IMG/VR virus record: IMGVR_UViG_3300025141_009413
Span: 494 to 64,493 of that record
DNA length: 64,000 nucleotides
DNA from: a virus
Taxonomy: Duplodnaviria > Caudoviricetes
Strand: one strand, 5' to 3'
Positions 18,915 to 28,367 of the stretch are shown here, piece after piece. The translations under genes and the position numbers were made by a program. The notes beneath the pieces are model-generated. The model was not told where the DNA came from, made no database searches, and was given only the letters and a program-made list of their open reading frames with translations. Numbering within the stretch: position 1 is the first letter of the stretch; every line of letters starts with the position of its first letter.

Positions 18915-20771
18915 ATGGAAATATCCAATAGAATTTTATCAGATATCACAGTTTATATGAAGTATGCTAAATATGTTCCAAAATTAAACAGACGTGAAAC
19001 ATGGGATGAATTAGTTACGAGAAATATGAAAATGCATATTAAAAAATATCCAAAATTAAAAAAGGATATAGAACAAGTTTATAAATACGTGTATGATAAA
19101 AAAGTACTCCCATCAATGAGATCATTGCAATTTGGAGGAAAACCTATTGAGATATCTCCTAATAGAGTTTATAATTGTGCTTATCTGCCAATTGATGATT
19201 GGAGAGCATTTGGAGAAACAATGTTTTTATTATTAGGAGGAACTGGTGTTGGATATTCTGTACAGAAACACCATGTCGATCAGTTACCAGAAATAAGAAA
19301 ACCTAATCCTAATAGAACAAGAAGATTTTTAATTGCAGATTCTATCGAAGGGTGGGCAGATGCGGTTAAAGCATTAATGAAAACATATTTCACCGGTGGG
19401 TCTAAATTAAGATTTGATTATTCAGATATCAGACCAAAAGGTTCAAGATTAGTTACATCAGGAGGAAAGGCTCCTGGACCTCAACCATTAAAAGAATGTT
19501 TGGTAAAAATCGAAGGCATATTATCAGAAATGAACGATGATGCAAAATTATCAACTATCCAAGTTCATGATATTGTATGTTATATTGCTGATGCAGTCTT
19601 AGCCGGCGGAATAAGAAGAGCAGCATTAATAAGTTTATTTAGTGCAGATGATAATGATATGATAAGTTGCAAAGCCGGCAAACAATATGATCTAAACCCA
19701 CAAAGGAGTAGAGCAAACAATTCTGCAGTTTTGATGAGACATAAAATTACTAAAGAATTTTTTATGGACTTATGGAAAAGAATTGAAATAAGTAGAGCAG
19801 GAGAGCCTGGCGTATATTTTTCTAATGATAAAGATTGGGGAACTAATCCATGTTGTGAAATTGCTTTACGTCCTTATCAATTCTGTAACCTATGTGAAGT
19901 AAATGTTTCAAATATCAATTCACAAGAAGATTATAATAATAGAGTTAAGGCCGCCGCATTTATAGGAACATTACAAGCATCATATACAGATTTTCATTAT
20001 TTAAGACCAATATGGCAACGTACAACAGAAAAAGATGCTTTAATAGGAGTTTCAATGACTGGTATAGGTTCTGGAACAGTATTGGGATATGATATGAAAG
20101 AAGCAGCTAAATTAGTCAAAGAAGAAAATACGCGTGTTGCAGAACTGTTAGGAATAAATAAATCTGCAAGATGTACAACCGTTAAGCCTGCAGGAACAAC
20201 TTCAATAACATTAGGAACTTCATCAGGTATACATGCATGGCATAACGATTATTATATTAGAAGAATTAGAGTTGGTAAGAATGAAGCCATATATAAATAT
20301 TTAGCAAAAAGACATCCAGAACTAATAGAAGATGAAGTGTATAGACCGCATGACACTGCAGTGATTTCAATACCACAAAAAGCTCCCGATGGTGCTATTA
20401 TGAGAACAGAGTCGCCATTTCAGTTATTAGAACGTGTTAAGAAAGTAGCACGAGAGTGGATAAGACCCGGTCATAGAGGAGGATCTAATACACATAATGT
20501 TTCGGCTACAATTTCATTAAGAGATCATGAATGGGTTGCAGCTGGAGAATGGATGTGGGAAAATAAAACACATTATAATGGATTAGCAGTATTACCATTC
20601 TCAGGCGGAATATATGAACAGGCACCTTTTGAAGATATTTCTGAAGAAGAATATAACCGTTTATTTTCATATTTAAAAGATATTGATTTAACTAAAATTG
20701 TTGAATTAGAAGATGAAACGGATTTATCAGGAGAGCTAGCATGTGCTGGCGGAGCATGTGAGATAGTATAA
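18915..20771 (+). CDS. nrdJ: Class II (B12-dependent) ribonucleotide reductase
   Basis: PSMR, NCAY, GTGVG, RRAALISL, TNPCCEI, FCNLCEVN, VKPAGT and C-terminal ELACAGGACEI. Confidence 0.92.
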   Translation: MEISNRILSDITVYMKYAKYVPKLNRRETWDELVTRNMKMHIKKYPKLKKDIEQVYKYVYDKKVLPSMRSLQFGGKPIEISPNRVYNCAYLPIDDWRAFGETMFLLLGGTGVGYSVQKHHVDQLPEIRKPNPNRTRRFLIADSIEGWADAVKALMKTYFTGGSKLRFDYSDIRPKGSRLVTSGGKAPGPQPLKECLVKIEGILSEMNDDAKLSTIQVHDIVCYIADAVLAGGIRRAALISLFSADDNDMISCKAGKQYDLNPQRSRANNSAVLMRHKITKEFFMDLWKRIEISRAGEPGVYFSNDKDWGTNPCCEIALRPYQFCNLCEVNVSNINSQEDYNNRVKAAAFIGTLQASYTDFHYLRPIWQRTTEKDALIGVSMTGIGSGTVLGYDMKEAAKLVKEENTRVAELLGINKSARCTTVKPAGTTSITLGTSSGIHAWHNDYYIRRIRVGKNEAIYKYLAKRHPELIEDEVYRPHDTAVISIPQKAPDGAIMRTESPFQLLERVKKVAREWIRPGHRGGSNTHNVSATISLRDHEWVAAGEWMWENKTHYNGLAVLPFSGGIYEQAPFEDISEEEYNRLFSYLKDIDLTKIVELEDETDLSGELACAGGACEIV

Positions 20772-20812
20772 TGTGTTGGATCGAAAAATTATATTATGGG
20801 TTGCCAATATAA
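20771..20812 (+). CDS. Possible 13-aa mini-ORF MCWIEKLYYGLPI, translationally coupled to nrdJ
   Basis: TAATG overlap with the nrdJ stop. Confidence 0.3.
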   Translation: MCWIEKLYYGLPI

Positions 20813-20835
20813 ATTGGAAAAAAGTTTCAAAAAGA

Positions 20836-20867
20836 TTTGGAATCGTGAGATATTATCCTTATATTTA
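20836..20867 (+). promoter_or_regulatory. Class E promoter copy
   Basis: tttggaatcgtgagatattatccttatattta. Confidence 0.7.
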
Positions 20868-20892
20868 AGTATAAATTTAAAATTAGTTACAT

Positions 20893-21192
20893 ATGAAAAG
20901 CGCAGCTTACAAGTTCAAAGACGTTGATTTGGCAATAGACTTTAGAAGTCTACCACAACACGATCAAGAATATTTACGAACAATGTTTTATGAAACCGTC
21001 TTGAGTCGATCGGTTAAACATTCCGGAAAATCATTTAAAGAATATTATCCATATGCAGAAAACTTTACAATATTTAGTAATTTAGGTGATATGGTTGATA
21101 CTATGTTAGAGTTTTCAAATCCATATGCTAATACAGCATCACATTTATTAAATGGCAAGAAATTTTACATGGCATGGACTTATGATGCATAA
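20893..21192 (+). CDS. Hypothetical protein
   Basis: 99-aa ORF downstream of its own promoter. Confidence 0.55.
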   Translation: MKSAAYKFKDVDLAIDFRSLPQHDQEYLRTMFYETVLSRSVKHSGKSFKEYYPYAENFTIFSNLGDMVDTMLEFSNPYANTASHLLNGKKFYMAWTYDA

Positions 21193-21203
21193 AAAGGAAA
21201 AAA

Positions 21204-21683
21204 ATGGGTAAATTTCAATCAACTAAAATATTTGACAACTATTCAGTCGCAATACGTCAATGGAAGGCATCACACTCACACTGTGAATTGTTACATGGTT
21301 ATGCTTTAAAATTTAAAGTATGGTTTGAATCTAATACACCAGATGATGAAAATGATGGTTTAGATGATATGAATTGGATTGTAGATTATGGTGGGTTTAA
21401 AGATAAGCCAATCGGCAACGGACTAAAAGATTGGATGAATCATATGTGGGACCATACCACATTAATTCAATCAAATGACCCATATCGGGATATATTTGAA
21501 CAAATGGGACAAATGGGTCTATGCAAAGTACATTTTTTAGAAAAAATGGGTGCTGAATCTTGTGCTAAAATAGTTTATGACAAATTTAATGAAGTTCTAT
21601 CCAAAACAGATGCTGGAAGATGTAAGGTTGTTAAAGTAGAATGTTTTGAAAACGATAAAAACTCAAGTATATATTATGGATAA
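21204..21683 (+). CDS. queD: 6-carboxytetrahydropterin synthase QueD
   Basis: SHCELLHGY, WIVDYG, WDHTTL, GAES, ECFE. Confidence 0.88.
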   Translation: MGKFQSTKIFDNYSVAIRQWKASHSHCELLHGYALKFKVWFESNTPDDENDGLDDMNWIVDYGGFKDKPIGNGLKDWMNHMWDHTTLIQSNDPYRDIFEQMGQMGLCKVHFLEKMGAESCAKIVYDKFNEVLSKTDAGRCKVVKVECFENDKNSSIYYG

Positions 21684-22485
21684 AAATATGGTAGTAAGTA
21701 GGAAATTTGGAGTATTAAAACGAATAAAAGATTACAATAAAACACTCCCAGTACTAGAACTTTATCGGTGTGTTCAAAGTGAAGGTTCTAGATTTGGAAG
21801 ACCTACAATAGCAGTAAGAACCACAGGATGTACTCATCGATGCTACTTTGGAGAAGGTGGATGGTGTGATAGTTGGTATACTTCTATTCATCCTGAAAAA
21901 GGCACATTTACCTTTAATGATATTATTAAAATATATGATGAAAATCCTCATATAAAAGAAATGATGCTAACTGGAGGATCACCAACAATGCACTCAGCAT
22001 TAGTAAATGAAATAACATATTTTGCTAAAAAAAGAGGAATAATAGTTACAATTGAAACTGAAGGATCTCATTTTTTAGAAACTGATTATCCAATTGATTT
22101 AATATCTCTTTCACCGAAGTTTTCGAACTCAATTCCAAAACTAGGAGCAGTTACTCCGGGTGGGAAGGTGGTAGACGAAAGAATGATTAAACAACATAAT
22201 AAGTATAGATTGAATTCAGATGCAATTTTTAAAACATTGTCATACCATAAAGATTATCATTATAAACCGGTGTGGGATGGTACTGTATCAAATTTAAAAG
22301 AAATAGAAGATTTTAGAGTCAAGATGAGTATTCCAAAACATAAAACATTTGTAATGCCAGCAGGAGATACAAGGAAACAATTAATACGAATGTATCCTAT
22401 TGTGTTTGAAATGTGTGCCGAAGAAGGATACAATATGACTGGTAGAGATCATATAATAGCATTTAACACAGAAAGAGGAGTATAA
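21676..22485 (+). CDS. queE: 7-carboxy-7-deazaguanine synthase QueE (radical SAM)
   Basis: QSEG...G.PT..VRTTGCTHRCYFGEGGWCDS, LTGGSP, IETEG, SLSPK; adjacent to queD. The ORF track starts at 21646, but the ATG at 21676 is more likely. Confidence 0.88.
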   Translation: MDKNMVVSRKFGVLKRIKDYNKTLPVLELYRCVQSEGSRFGRPTIAVRTTGCTHRCYFGEGGWCDSWYTSIHPEKGTFTFNDIIKIYDENPHIKEMMLTGGSPTMHSALVNEITYFAKKRGIIVTIETEGSHFLETDYPIDLISLSPKFSNSIPKLGAVTPGGKVVDERMIKQHNKYRLNSDAIFKTLSYHKDYHYKPVWDGTVSNLKEIEDFRVKMSIPKHKTFVMPAGDTRKQLIRMYPIVFEMCAEEGYNMTGRDHIIAFNTERGV

Positions 22486-22487
22486 TT

Positions 22488-22787
22488 ATGAAAATGAAAC
22501 CAATCGGAGATTTAATTTTATTAAAAGAACACGAAAAGAAAAATAAGACCAAATCTGGACTTATATTAACAAATGGCACAGATGGAGATTATGTACGTGC
22601 TGATGTAATTGAAACTGGGGATGGTTTGTTTACTCAAACTGGGGATAGAATTCCAATGACAGTAAAACCAGGCGATACAGTTATGTTACATAAAAATCAA
22701 GCCGGTAGTAATAAACAAGTTAAAGTAGAAGAAGAAAATTATTTGTTAGTTCATGAATCTGAACTTGCAATGATTATAACCAAATAG
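22488..22787 (+). CDS. groES: Co-chaperonin GroES
   Basis: KPIGDLILLK...KTKSGLIL...G.G...PMTVKPGDTV...LVHESEL. Confidence 0.9.
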   Translation: MKMKPIGDLILLKEHEKKNKTKSGLILTNGTDGDYVRADVIETGDGLFTQTGDRIPMTVKPGDTVMLHKNQAGSNKQVKVEEENYLLVHESELAMIITK

Positions 22788-23149
22788 CTCACACCATAAA
22801 ATAGGAGAAAAATTATGGAAACAATAATTACAGTTTTAGTCACATTATTTATTTGTGGGATTGCAATTGCGATCGCGCAGGTATATAAAAATTTACAGGG
22901 TAAAATTGCTGATTTGGAACGAGATGTACATAGAGAATTAACATGTATGTGTACAGACTCAGAAAAAGAGCATTCAACATTATTTAGAGAAATTGATATA
23001 TTACAACAAAAGTTGGAGAGTAATATTGATAGTAGATCTGATAAAATTATTAACAAATTTTCAGAACACGTCGCTGATTTATATAGAGTCCTAGACGATA
23101 AGATGGACAAAATTAAAAAATAATTAAATAGTGTGTGAGTTATTTGGTT
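22778..23149. repeat. 17-bp inverted repeat (22778-22794 / 23133-23149) enclosing one gene
   Basis: AACCAAATAGCTCACAC and GTGTGAGTTATTTGGTT give 16 Watson-Crick pairs plus 1 G-U. Confidence 0.85.
22815..23123 (+). CDS. Membrane-anchored coiled-coil hypothetical protein
   Basis: N-terminal hydrophobic helix, then a heptad-like charged region; GGAG RBS. Confidence 0.7.
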   Translation: METIITVLVTLFICGIAIAIAQVYKNLQGKIADLERDVHRELTCMCTDSEKEHSTLFREIDILQQKLESNIDSRSDKIINKFSEHVADLYRVLDDKMDKIKK

Positions 23150-23174
23150 TTTTGAAAAAAAATTCTTATATTAA
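23143..23174 (+). promoter_or_regulatory. Class E promoter copy (folE; likely leaderless)
   Basis: tttggttttttgaaaaaaaattcttatattaa; ATG at 23178. Confidence 0.65.
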
Positions 23175-23177
23175 AAT

Positions 23178-23852
23178 ATGACAACAAAGAAAAGTATTGA
23201 ATTAGTTAAAGAAGGATTTGCAAATGGAGTAGCTCCAGGAGGTCCTTTATCAGAAAATGAAAAGCAAGATATGATAACTCTTGCTGCTAGACATTTTGGC
23301 CATTTTTTAGATGCACTTAAATGTGATTGGAGAAATGATCCAAATTCGAATGATACTCCTAGGCGAGTAGCTAAAGCATATATAAATGATTTATGGGCTG
23401 GTAGATATAATGGAGCTCCAAATATTACTGCATTTCCTAGTGATGGTTATGATGGTATGGTTTTTGAGGGGGGTATTCCATTAACTTCAATGTGTTCACA
23501 TCACCACCAAACTATTATGGGTAAAGTCCATGTAGCATATATTCCGGGTGAAGATAGTAAAGTTATTGGATTAAGTAAATTAAATCGACTAGTAGAACAT
23601 TTTGCTAGGCGAGGTGCAATACAAGAACAATTAACAGTAGCAGTACATAATGCCATTGGCACTATTATTAATGATAATAAAGGTGTGGCAGTTATGATTG
23701 ATGCAACTCATAATTGTGTACAGTGTAGGGGCGTTAAACATGGCGGTGCATCAATGAAAACAAGTAAGTTAACCGGTGCATTTAAACATGACAATGCAAC
23801 TAGGTCTGAATTTTATGAATTTGTAAGAGGTTATGGAAATACTAATACCTGA
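23178..23852 (+). CDS. folE: GTP cyclohydrolase I
   Basis: TPRRVAKAY, SMCSHH, GLSKLNR, QEQLT, HNCVQCRGV. Confidence 0.95.
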   Translation: MTTKKSIELVKEGFANGVAPGGPLSENEKQDMITLAARHFGHFLDALKCDWRNDPNSNDTPRRVAKAYINDLWAGRYNGAPNITAFPSDGYDGMVFEGGIPLTSMCSHHHQTIMGKVHVAYIPGEDSKVIGLSKLNRLVEHFARRGAIQEQLTVAVHNAIGTIINDNKGVAVMIDATHNCVQCRGVKHGGASMKTSKLTGAFKHDNATRSEFYEFVRGYGNTNT

Positions 23853-24339
23853 GTATAAAATAGAACGACGTGTCAGAGCAATGGCACATAGATTATCTGA
23901 AGAACATAAAGCTAGTGATAATTCCTTACCACCAGTAATGATTTGTGTATTAAATGGAGCATTTATGTTCTTTACAGATTTGGTTAAGGATATGGGAATT
24001 GATGTTCAAATTGATTTTATTAGAGCAAAATCATATGAAGGTAAAGACAATTCTGGTGGAGTTAAGATTACAAAACATTTAGATCTGGAATTGAAAGGTA
24101 AACGTGTTTATATCGTAGAGGACATAATTGACACCGGACAGACGATGATTGAAATATTACAACATGTAAATGATAAAATGCCAGCCGAAGTAAATATCGT
24201 TACACTGGTACAGCGTAAAGAAGCCAAAATGCCAATTGACCATTATTGTTTTGAAATTGATGAAGAATGGATAGTTGGATATGGATTAGATGATAATTCA
24301 TTAAAAAGAAATTATAGAAACGTATATAAAATTAATTAA
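23833..24339 (+). CDS. hpt: Hypoxanthine/guanine phosphoribosyltransferase-like protein
   Basis: CVLNGAFMFFTDL, PRPP motif YIVEDIIDTGQT, VGYGLD. Confidence 0.88.
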   Translation: MEILIPEYKIERRVRAMAHRLSEEHKASDNSLPPVMICVLNGAFMFFTDLVKDMGIDVQIDFIRAKSYEGKDNSGGVKITKHLDLELKGKRVYIVEDIIDTGQTMIEILQHVNDKMPAEVNIVTLVQRKEAKMPIDHYCFEIDEEWIVGYGLDDNSLKRNYRNVYKIN

Positions 24340-26822
24340 TGTATCAAGCAGTAGCGTACCACAAAAATAGTAATACAGTTCATATCTGGGATGATGAAAA
24401 AGGCCATTTAAAAATAAAATACAAGCCATATGCTTATAAAAAATCTTCTTACGGAAAACATGTAGCATTAGATGGCCAACGCGTTGATAAGATATATAAT
24501 TTCGATCGTGAAGAAAGAGGATTATATGAAGCAGATATTAACCCAGAAATGCGTACATTAATTGATATGTACAAAGAATCAGATGATGCAAGTACCGGAC
24601 ATAAAGTATTAACAATAGATATAGAGGTTGATATATCTGATGGATTTCCGACTCCGGAAACAGCAGAACACGAAATAACATCTATCGCAATAAAAGATCA
24701 TTTAGGTGATCAAAGATTTGTATGGATTTTAGATAAAGCTGGAGTTGTACAATCTACAACTAAAAATAATGTACAAATAATAAGTTGTGTAGATGAATAT
24801 ACATTATTATCTAAATTTTTGATGACTTATTATGAAATACAACCTACTATTATAACTGGATGGAATATTGATTTCTTTGATATTCCATATCTTTATAATC
24901 GGATGGTCCAGGTATTAGGAGAATCTAAAGCCAGAACATTATCTCCGATTAAAGATGTAATTTGGTTGAAACATAGAAATAGGTATAGAATTTCTGGAGT
25001 GTCATGTTTAGATTATATGGCATTATATAAAAATTACACATATAATCAAGAATCTAGTTATTCATTGGAAGCAATTTCACAAAAAGAATTAGGTAAAGGT
25101 AAAATTAAGTATGATGGTTCATTAAATGATTTGTTAAGAGATGATATTGAAAAGTATATCGATTACAACATGAATGATGTTGATCTTGTAGTAGAGATAG
25201 ATGAGAAAATGGGATTGATAGACTTAGCACGTAGTATTTGTCATAAAGGTCATGTTCCATATGAAGATTTTTTATTTCCTACGAGGTATTTAGATGGAGC
25301 AGCTATAACTTATTTGAATAGATTAGACGTAGTTGCCCCTAGTCGAAAACATAGGAATTCTGACGAACCTTTAGATTTATTAGGAGCATATGTAAAGGCA
25401 CCAAATCCCGGTAGATATAAATGGGTATATGACCTTGATTTAACATCATTGTATCCTAGTATCATTATGACACTTAACGTTTCACCAGAAACAAAAGTAA
25501 CTAAATTAAGTAATTTTGATGGCCATAAATATATTAAGAATACCGGTACACATTATACAGATGAATGGAATGGTTGGGAAACTAGTCAGGATTTAAGAAA
25601 GTATCTAGAAGATAATGATTATTCTATTGCAGCAAATGGAGTTGTATATGATAAAACAATTAAAGGATTCTTGCCTTCAATTTTAGATAATTGGTTCAAT
25701 GAACGTGTTGAATATAAAAATTTACGTAAAAAATATGAAAAAGAAGGAAATAATGCTAAAGCAGAATATTATGATAGAATGCAATTAGTTACAAAAATTC
25801 TTCTAAATTCATTTTATGGAGTTCTTGGCAACCCCGGCTTTAGATTCTTTGACCCAGATAATGCAACAGCAATTACTAGTACGGGTCAGCAATTGATAAA
25901 ATTCACAGCAGATATCGGAAACCAATTTTACACGAGAGAATTGGGAGAAAGAAAGGATTATTGTATTTATACTGATACAGATTCAACATTTTTCTCATCA
26001 TTACCTTTAATTAAAAAAAGATATCCAGATTATAATATTTCTGATGAAAGTTGGATGGCTGATAAAACTATTGAAATAGCTGATGAGATGCAAAAGTTTA
26101 TCAATAATGCATATGATATATATGCTGAACGGTTTCATAATACTACTAAACATAGATTTGATATTAAACAAGAAAATGTTGCAAAAGCTGGTTTATGGAT
26201 TGCTAAGAAAAGATATGCTCAATGGATAATCAATATTGAAGGCCATACTGTTTCAAAATTAGACGTAAAAGGATTAGATGTAGTTAGATCTTCCTTTCCA
26301 CCATCATTCAGAAAGTTTATGGCAGAGGTATTAGAAGATATGTTGAATGATATTGATAAACGCACATTAGATCAAAAGATATTAGATTTTAAAGAACATA
26401 TGAAGACATTACCATTAATAGATGTAATGTTTCCGACAGGTGTAAAACATGTTACAAAATATGTAAGAAGAGGAGACAAGCCATTTACTCCTAGAATAAA
26501 AGGTACACCAGTACATGTCAAATCAGCATTAAATTATAATGATATGTTAAGTCATTTAGGCTTAACCAAAAAATTTCAAGGAATAATTAATGGCGAAAAA
26601 ATTAAATGGACTTATTTACGCCCTAATGCAATGGGATTGGATACGATGGCATTGAAAGGGTTTGAAGATCCGAGGCAATTGGAAGAATTTGTTTCTAAAA
26701 ATATTAATTATGAAAAGGTATTTGAGTCAGCATTTGCAAATAAATTAGGAGATTTTTATAGTGCAATGAAATGGGGGTTAATTCCAAAAAATAATAATTT
26801 AGGAAAGTTTTTTGCATTTTAA
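24339..26822 (+). CDS. polB: Family B DNA polymerase
   Basis: Exonuclease motifs DIE, GWNIDFFD and YN..D; polymerase motifs DLTSLYPSII, KILLNSFYG, YTDTDS and KKRY. C-terminal LGKFFAF is clamp-binding-like. Confidence 0.96.
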   Translation: MYQAVAYHKNSNTVHIWDDEKGHLKIKYKPYAYKKSSYGKHVALDGQRVDKIYNFDREERGLYEADINPEMRTLIDMYKESDDASTGHKVLTIDIEVDISDGFPTPETAEHEITSIAIKDHLGDQRFVWILDKAGVVQSTTKNNVQIISCVDEYTLLSKFLMTYYEIQPTIITGWNIDFFDIPYLYNRMVQVLGESKARTLSPIKDVIWLKHRNRYRISGVSCLDYMALYKNYTYNQESSYSLEAISQKELGKGKIKYDGSLNDLLRDDIEKYIDYNMNDVDLVVEIDEKMGLIDLARSICHKGHVPYEDFLFPTRYLDGAAITYLNRLDVVAPSRKHRNSDEPLDLLGAYVKAPNPGRYKWVYDLDLTSLYPSIIMTLNVSPETKVTKLSNFDGHKYIKNTGTHYTDEWNGWETSQDLRKYLEDNDYSIAANGVVYDKTIKGFLPSILDNWFNERVEYKNLRKKYEKEGNNAKAEYYDRMQLVTKILLNSFYGVLGNPGFRFFDPDNATAITSTGQQLIKFTADIGNQFYTRELGERKDYCIYTDTDSTFFSSLPLIKKRYPDYNISDESWMADKTIEIADEMQKFINNAYDIYAERFHNTTKHRFDIKQENVAKAGLWIAKKRYAQWIINIEGHTVSKLDVKGLDVVRSSFPPSFRKFMAEVLEDMLNDIDKRTLDQKILDFKEHMKTLPLIDVMFPTGVKHVTKYVRRGDKPFTPRIKGTPVHVKSALNYNDMLSHLGLTKKFQGIINGEKIKWTYLRPNAMGLDTMALKGFEDPRQLEEFVSKNINYEKVFESAFANKLGDFYSAMKWGLIPKNNNLGKFFAF

Positions 26823-26854
26823 TTTGGAATCATGAAAAAAATTACTTATATTAA
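26823..26854 (+). promoter_or_regulatory. Class E promoter copy (modification/clamp operon)
   Basis: tttggaatcatgaaaaaaattacttatattaa. Confidence 0.7.
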
Positions 26855-26869
26855 ATATAAATAAATAAG

Positions 26870-27310
26870 ATGATAGGATTTAAAGATTATTGGTTCGGAA
26901 AAGAATGTGAAGGCAGATTAACAGATGTCGAAACATTGTTTGTTGCAAATGTAAATTTAGAAGAACCTAATGAATTGCAACAAATTCTTTATAAAGCACC
27001 TCATATATACATTTGTTCTCCGGCAACAAATCAAATGATTACAATTAATGATTGGCAATGGCTAAATGATTTAGTTGATAGAGGTAGGCATGTAGTAAGT
27101 ATAGAAGTAACCCCCGGCCAATTAGAATTAATACCGCCAATGATTAGAATTAAATGTCATATAATGTATATGATAAATCAAAAAGAAGTTAGTTTATTAA
27201 AAAAGAATGATAGTATCAAAGTTGTATATGATGATTATTCTTTATATTGTGCAAGTATACAAAATATGCAACATGTGAAACCAGATGATTACAAATATGA
27301 CAGAACTTAA
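26870..27310 (+). CDS. Conserved hypothetical protein associated with the deazaguanine/GT module
   Basis: YWFGKECEGRL...TLFV; first gene of the operon with the GT and TGT-like genes. Confidence 0.6.
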   Translation: MIGFKDYWFGKECEGRLTDVETLFVANVNLEEPNELQQILYKAPHIYICSPATNQMITINDWQWLNDLVDRGRHVVSIEVTPGQLELIPPMIRIKCHIMYMINQKEVSLLKKNDSIKVVYDDYSLYCASIQNMQHVKPDDYKYDRT

Positions 27311-28367
27311 TACGATATGGGTAATAGACCTTGAAGCAGTTGAAAGTAGGTATACTGGACAATGGAAACATCATATTCCGGAATTGTTACGTATACAAAG
27401 CTTTGGCCAATTTAATGTCCGTGTGATAGAAGGACCGACCGACATTCCAGATGCAACCACTCCGGGGGCATTTTTAAATTTTGGTGGCACTAATATATAC
27501 AAAAGTGCACAAATGGAAAAAATTAGTAGACTATTTTGTAATGGCGAAGTGAAATCCGGAGACCATTTTATTTATACTGATGCCTGGAATCCTACTATTA
27601 TTCAACTTAAGTATATGAGCCAGTTATTACAAATACCGATTAAAATACATGGTTTTTGGCATGCTGGTAATTATGACCCAAATGACTTTTTAGGAAGATT
27701 GATAAAAGATGAATGGGTTAAGACGTTTGAAAAATCATTAGCACAAACAATAGATTATAATTGGTTTGCATCATTTGACCATCTAAAAATGTTTAGAGAA
27801 AATTTTGGTTATGATGGCATTCAATGTTTCAGAACCGGATGGCCAATGGAATACCTATATCATATGATTCCAAATACAGGACCTAAAGAAGATATCATAT
27901 TATTTCCTCATAGGATAGCACCAGAAAAGCAAGTTGAAATATTCAAAGATTTAGAAAAGGAACTACCTGAATATAAGTTTATAGTATGTCAAGAACATAA
28001 TTTGTCTAAAAAAGAATATCATAGTTTGCTACAAAGGTCAAAGATAGTATTTTCTGCAAACCTTCAAGAGACGTTGGGTATATCATGTTACGAAGGAGCT
28101 TTGGCAGGTGCAATTCCATTAGTTCCAGATAGATTAAGTTATAGAGAAATGTATTTGGATGAATTTAAATATCCAAGTGCGTTTACAGAAAATGAAGATA
28201 GTTATATTAGATCAAAAGATTTATTAATTGCATTGATACGAAATACAATGAACAATTATGACCATATAAGGACAAAATTACCAGAACTAGTAGATAAATT
28301 ACATAATGAATATTTTTCATGTAATGGATTACTAGATGTTTTACTTGAAAAGGCGTTCCATGAGTAA
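27297..28367 (+). CDS. GT-B (GT4-like) glycosyltransferase, putative DNA modification
   Basis: FPHRIAPEKQ, ANLQETLGISCYEG, PLVPDRLSYREMY. Lies between polB and the TGT-like gene. Confidence 0.75.
   Translation: MTELNTIWVIDLEAVESRYTGQWKHHIPELLRIQSFGQFNVRVIEGPTDIPDATTPGAFLNFGGTNIYKSAQMEKISRLFCNGEVKSGDHFIYTDAWNPTIIQLKYMSQLLQIPIKIHGFWHAGNYDPNDFLGRLIKDEWVKTFEKSLAQTIDYNWFASFDHLKMFRENFGYDGIQCFRTGWPMEYLYHMIPNTGPKEDIILFPHRIAPEKQVEIFKDLEKELPEYKFIVCQEHNLSKKEYHSLLQRSKIVFSANLQETLGISCYEGALAGAIPLVPDRLSYREMYLDEFKYPSAFTENEDSYIRSKDLLIALIRNTMNNYDHIRTKLPELVDKLHNEYFSCNGLLDVLLEKAFHE

Noticed and set aside
15207-26822. Inteins or self-splicing introns in recA, dnaB, nrdJ or polB
   Set aside because: Protein lengths and motif spacing are normal, with no homing-endonuclease or intein motifs seen.
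26856-26863. TATAAATA as a T4-type late promoter
   Set aside because: It is not found ahead of the structural or lysis genes and sits just downstream of a class E promoter box in AT-rich DNA; the recurring late-type motif here is ATATTTAT.
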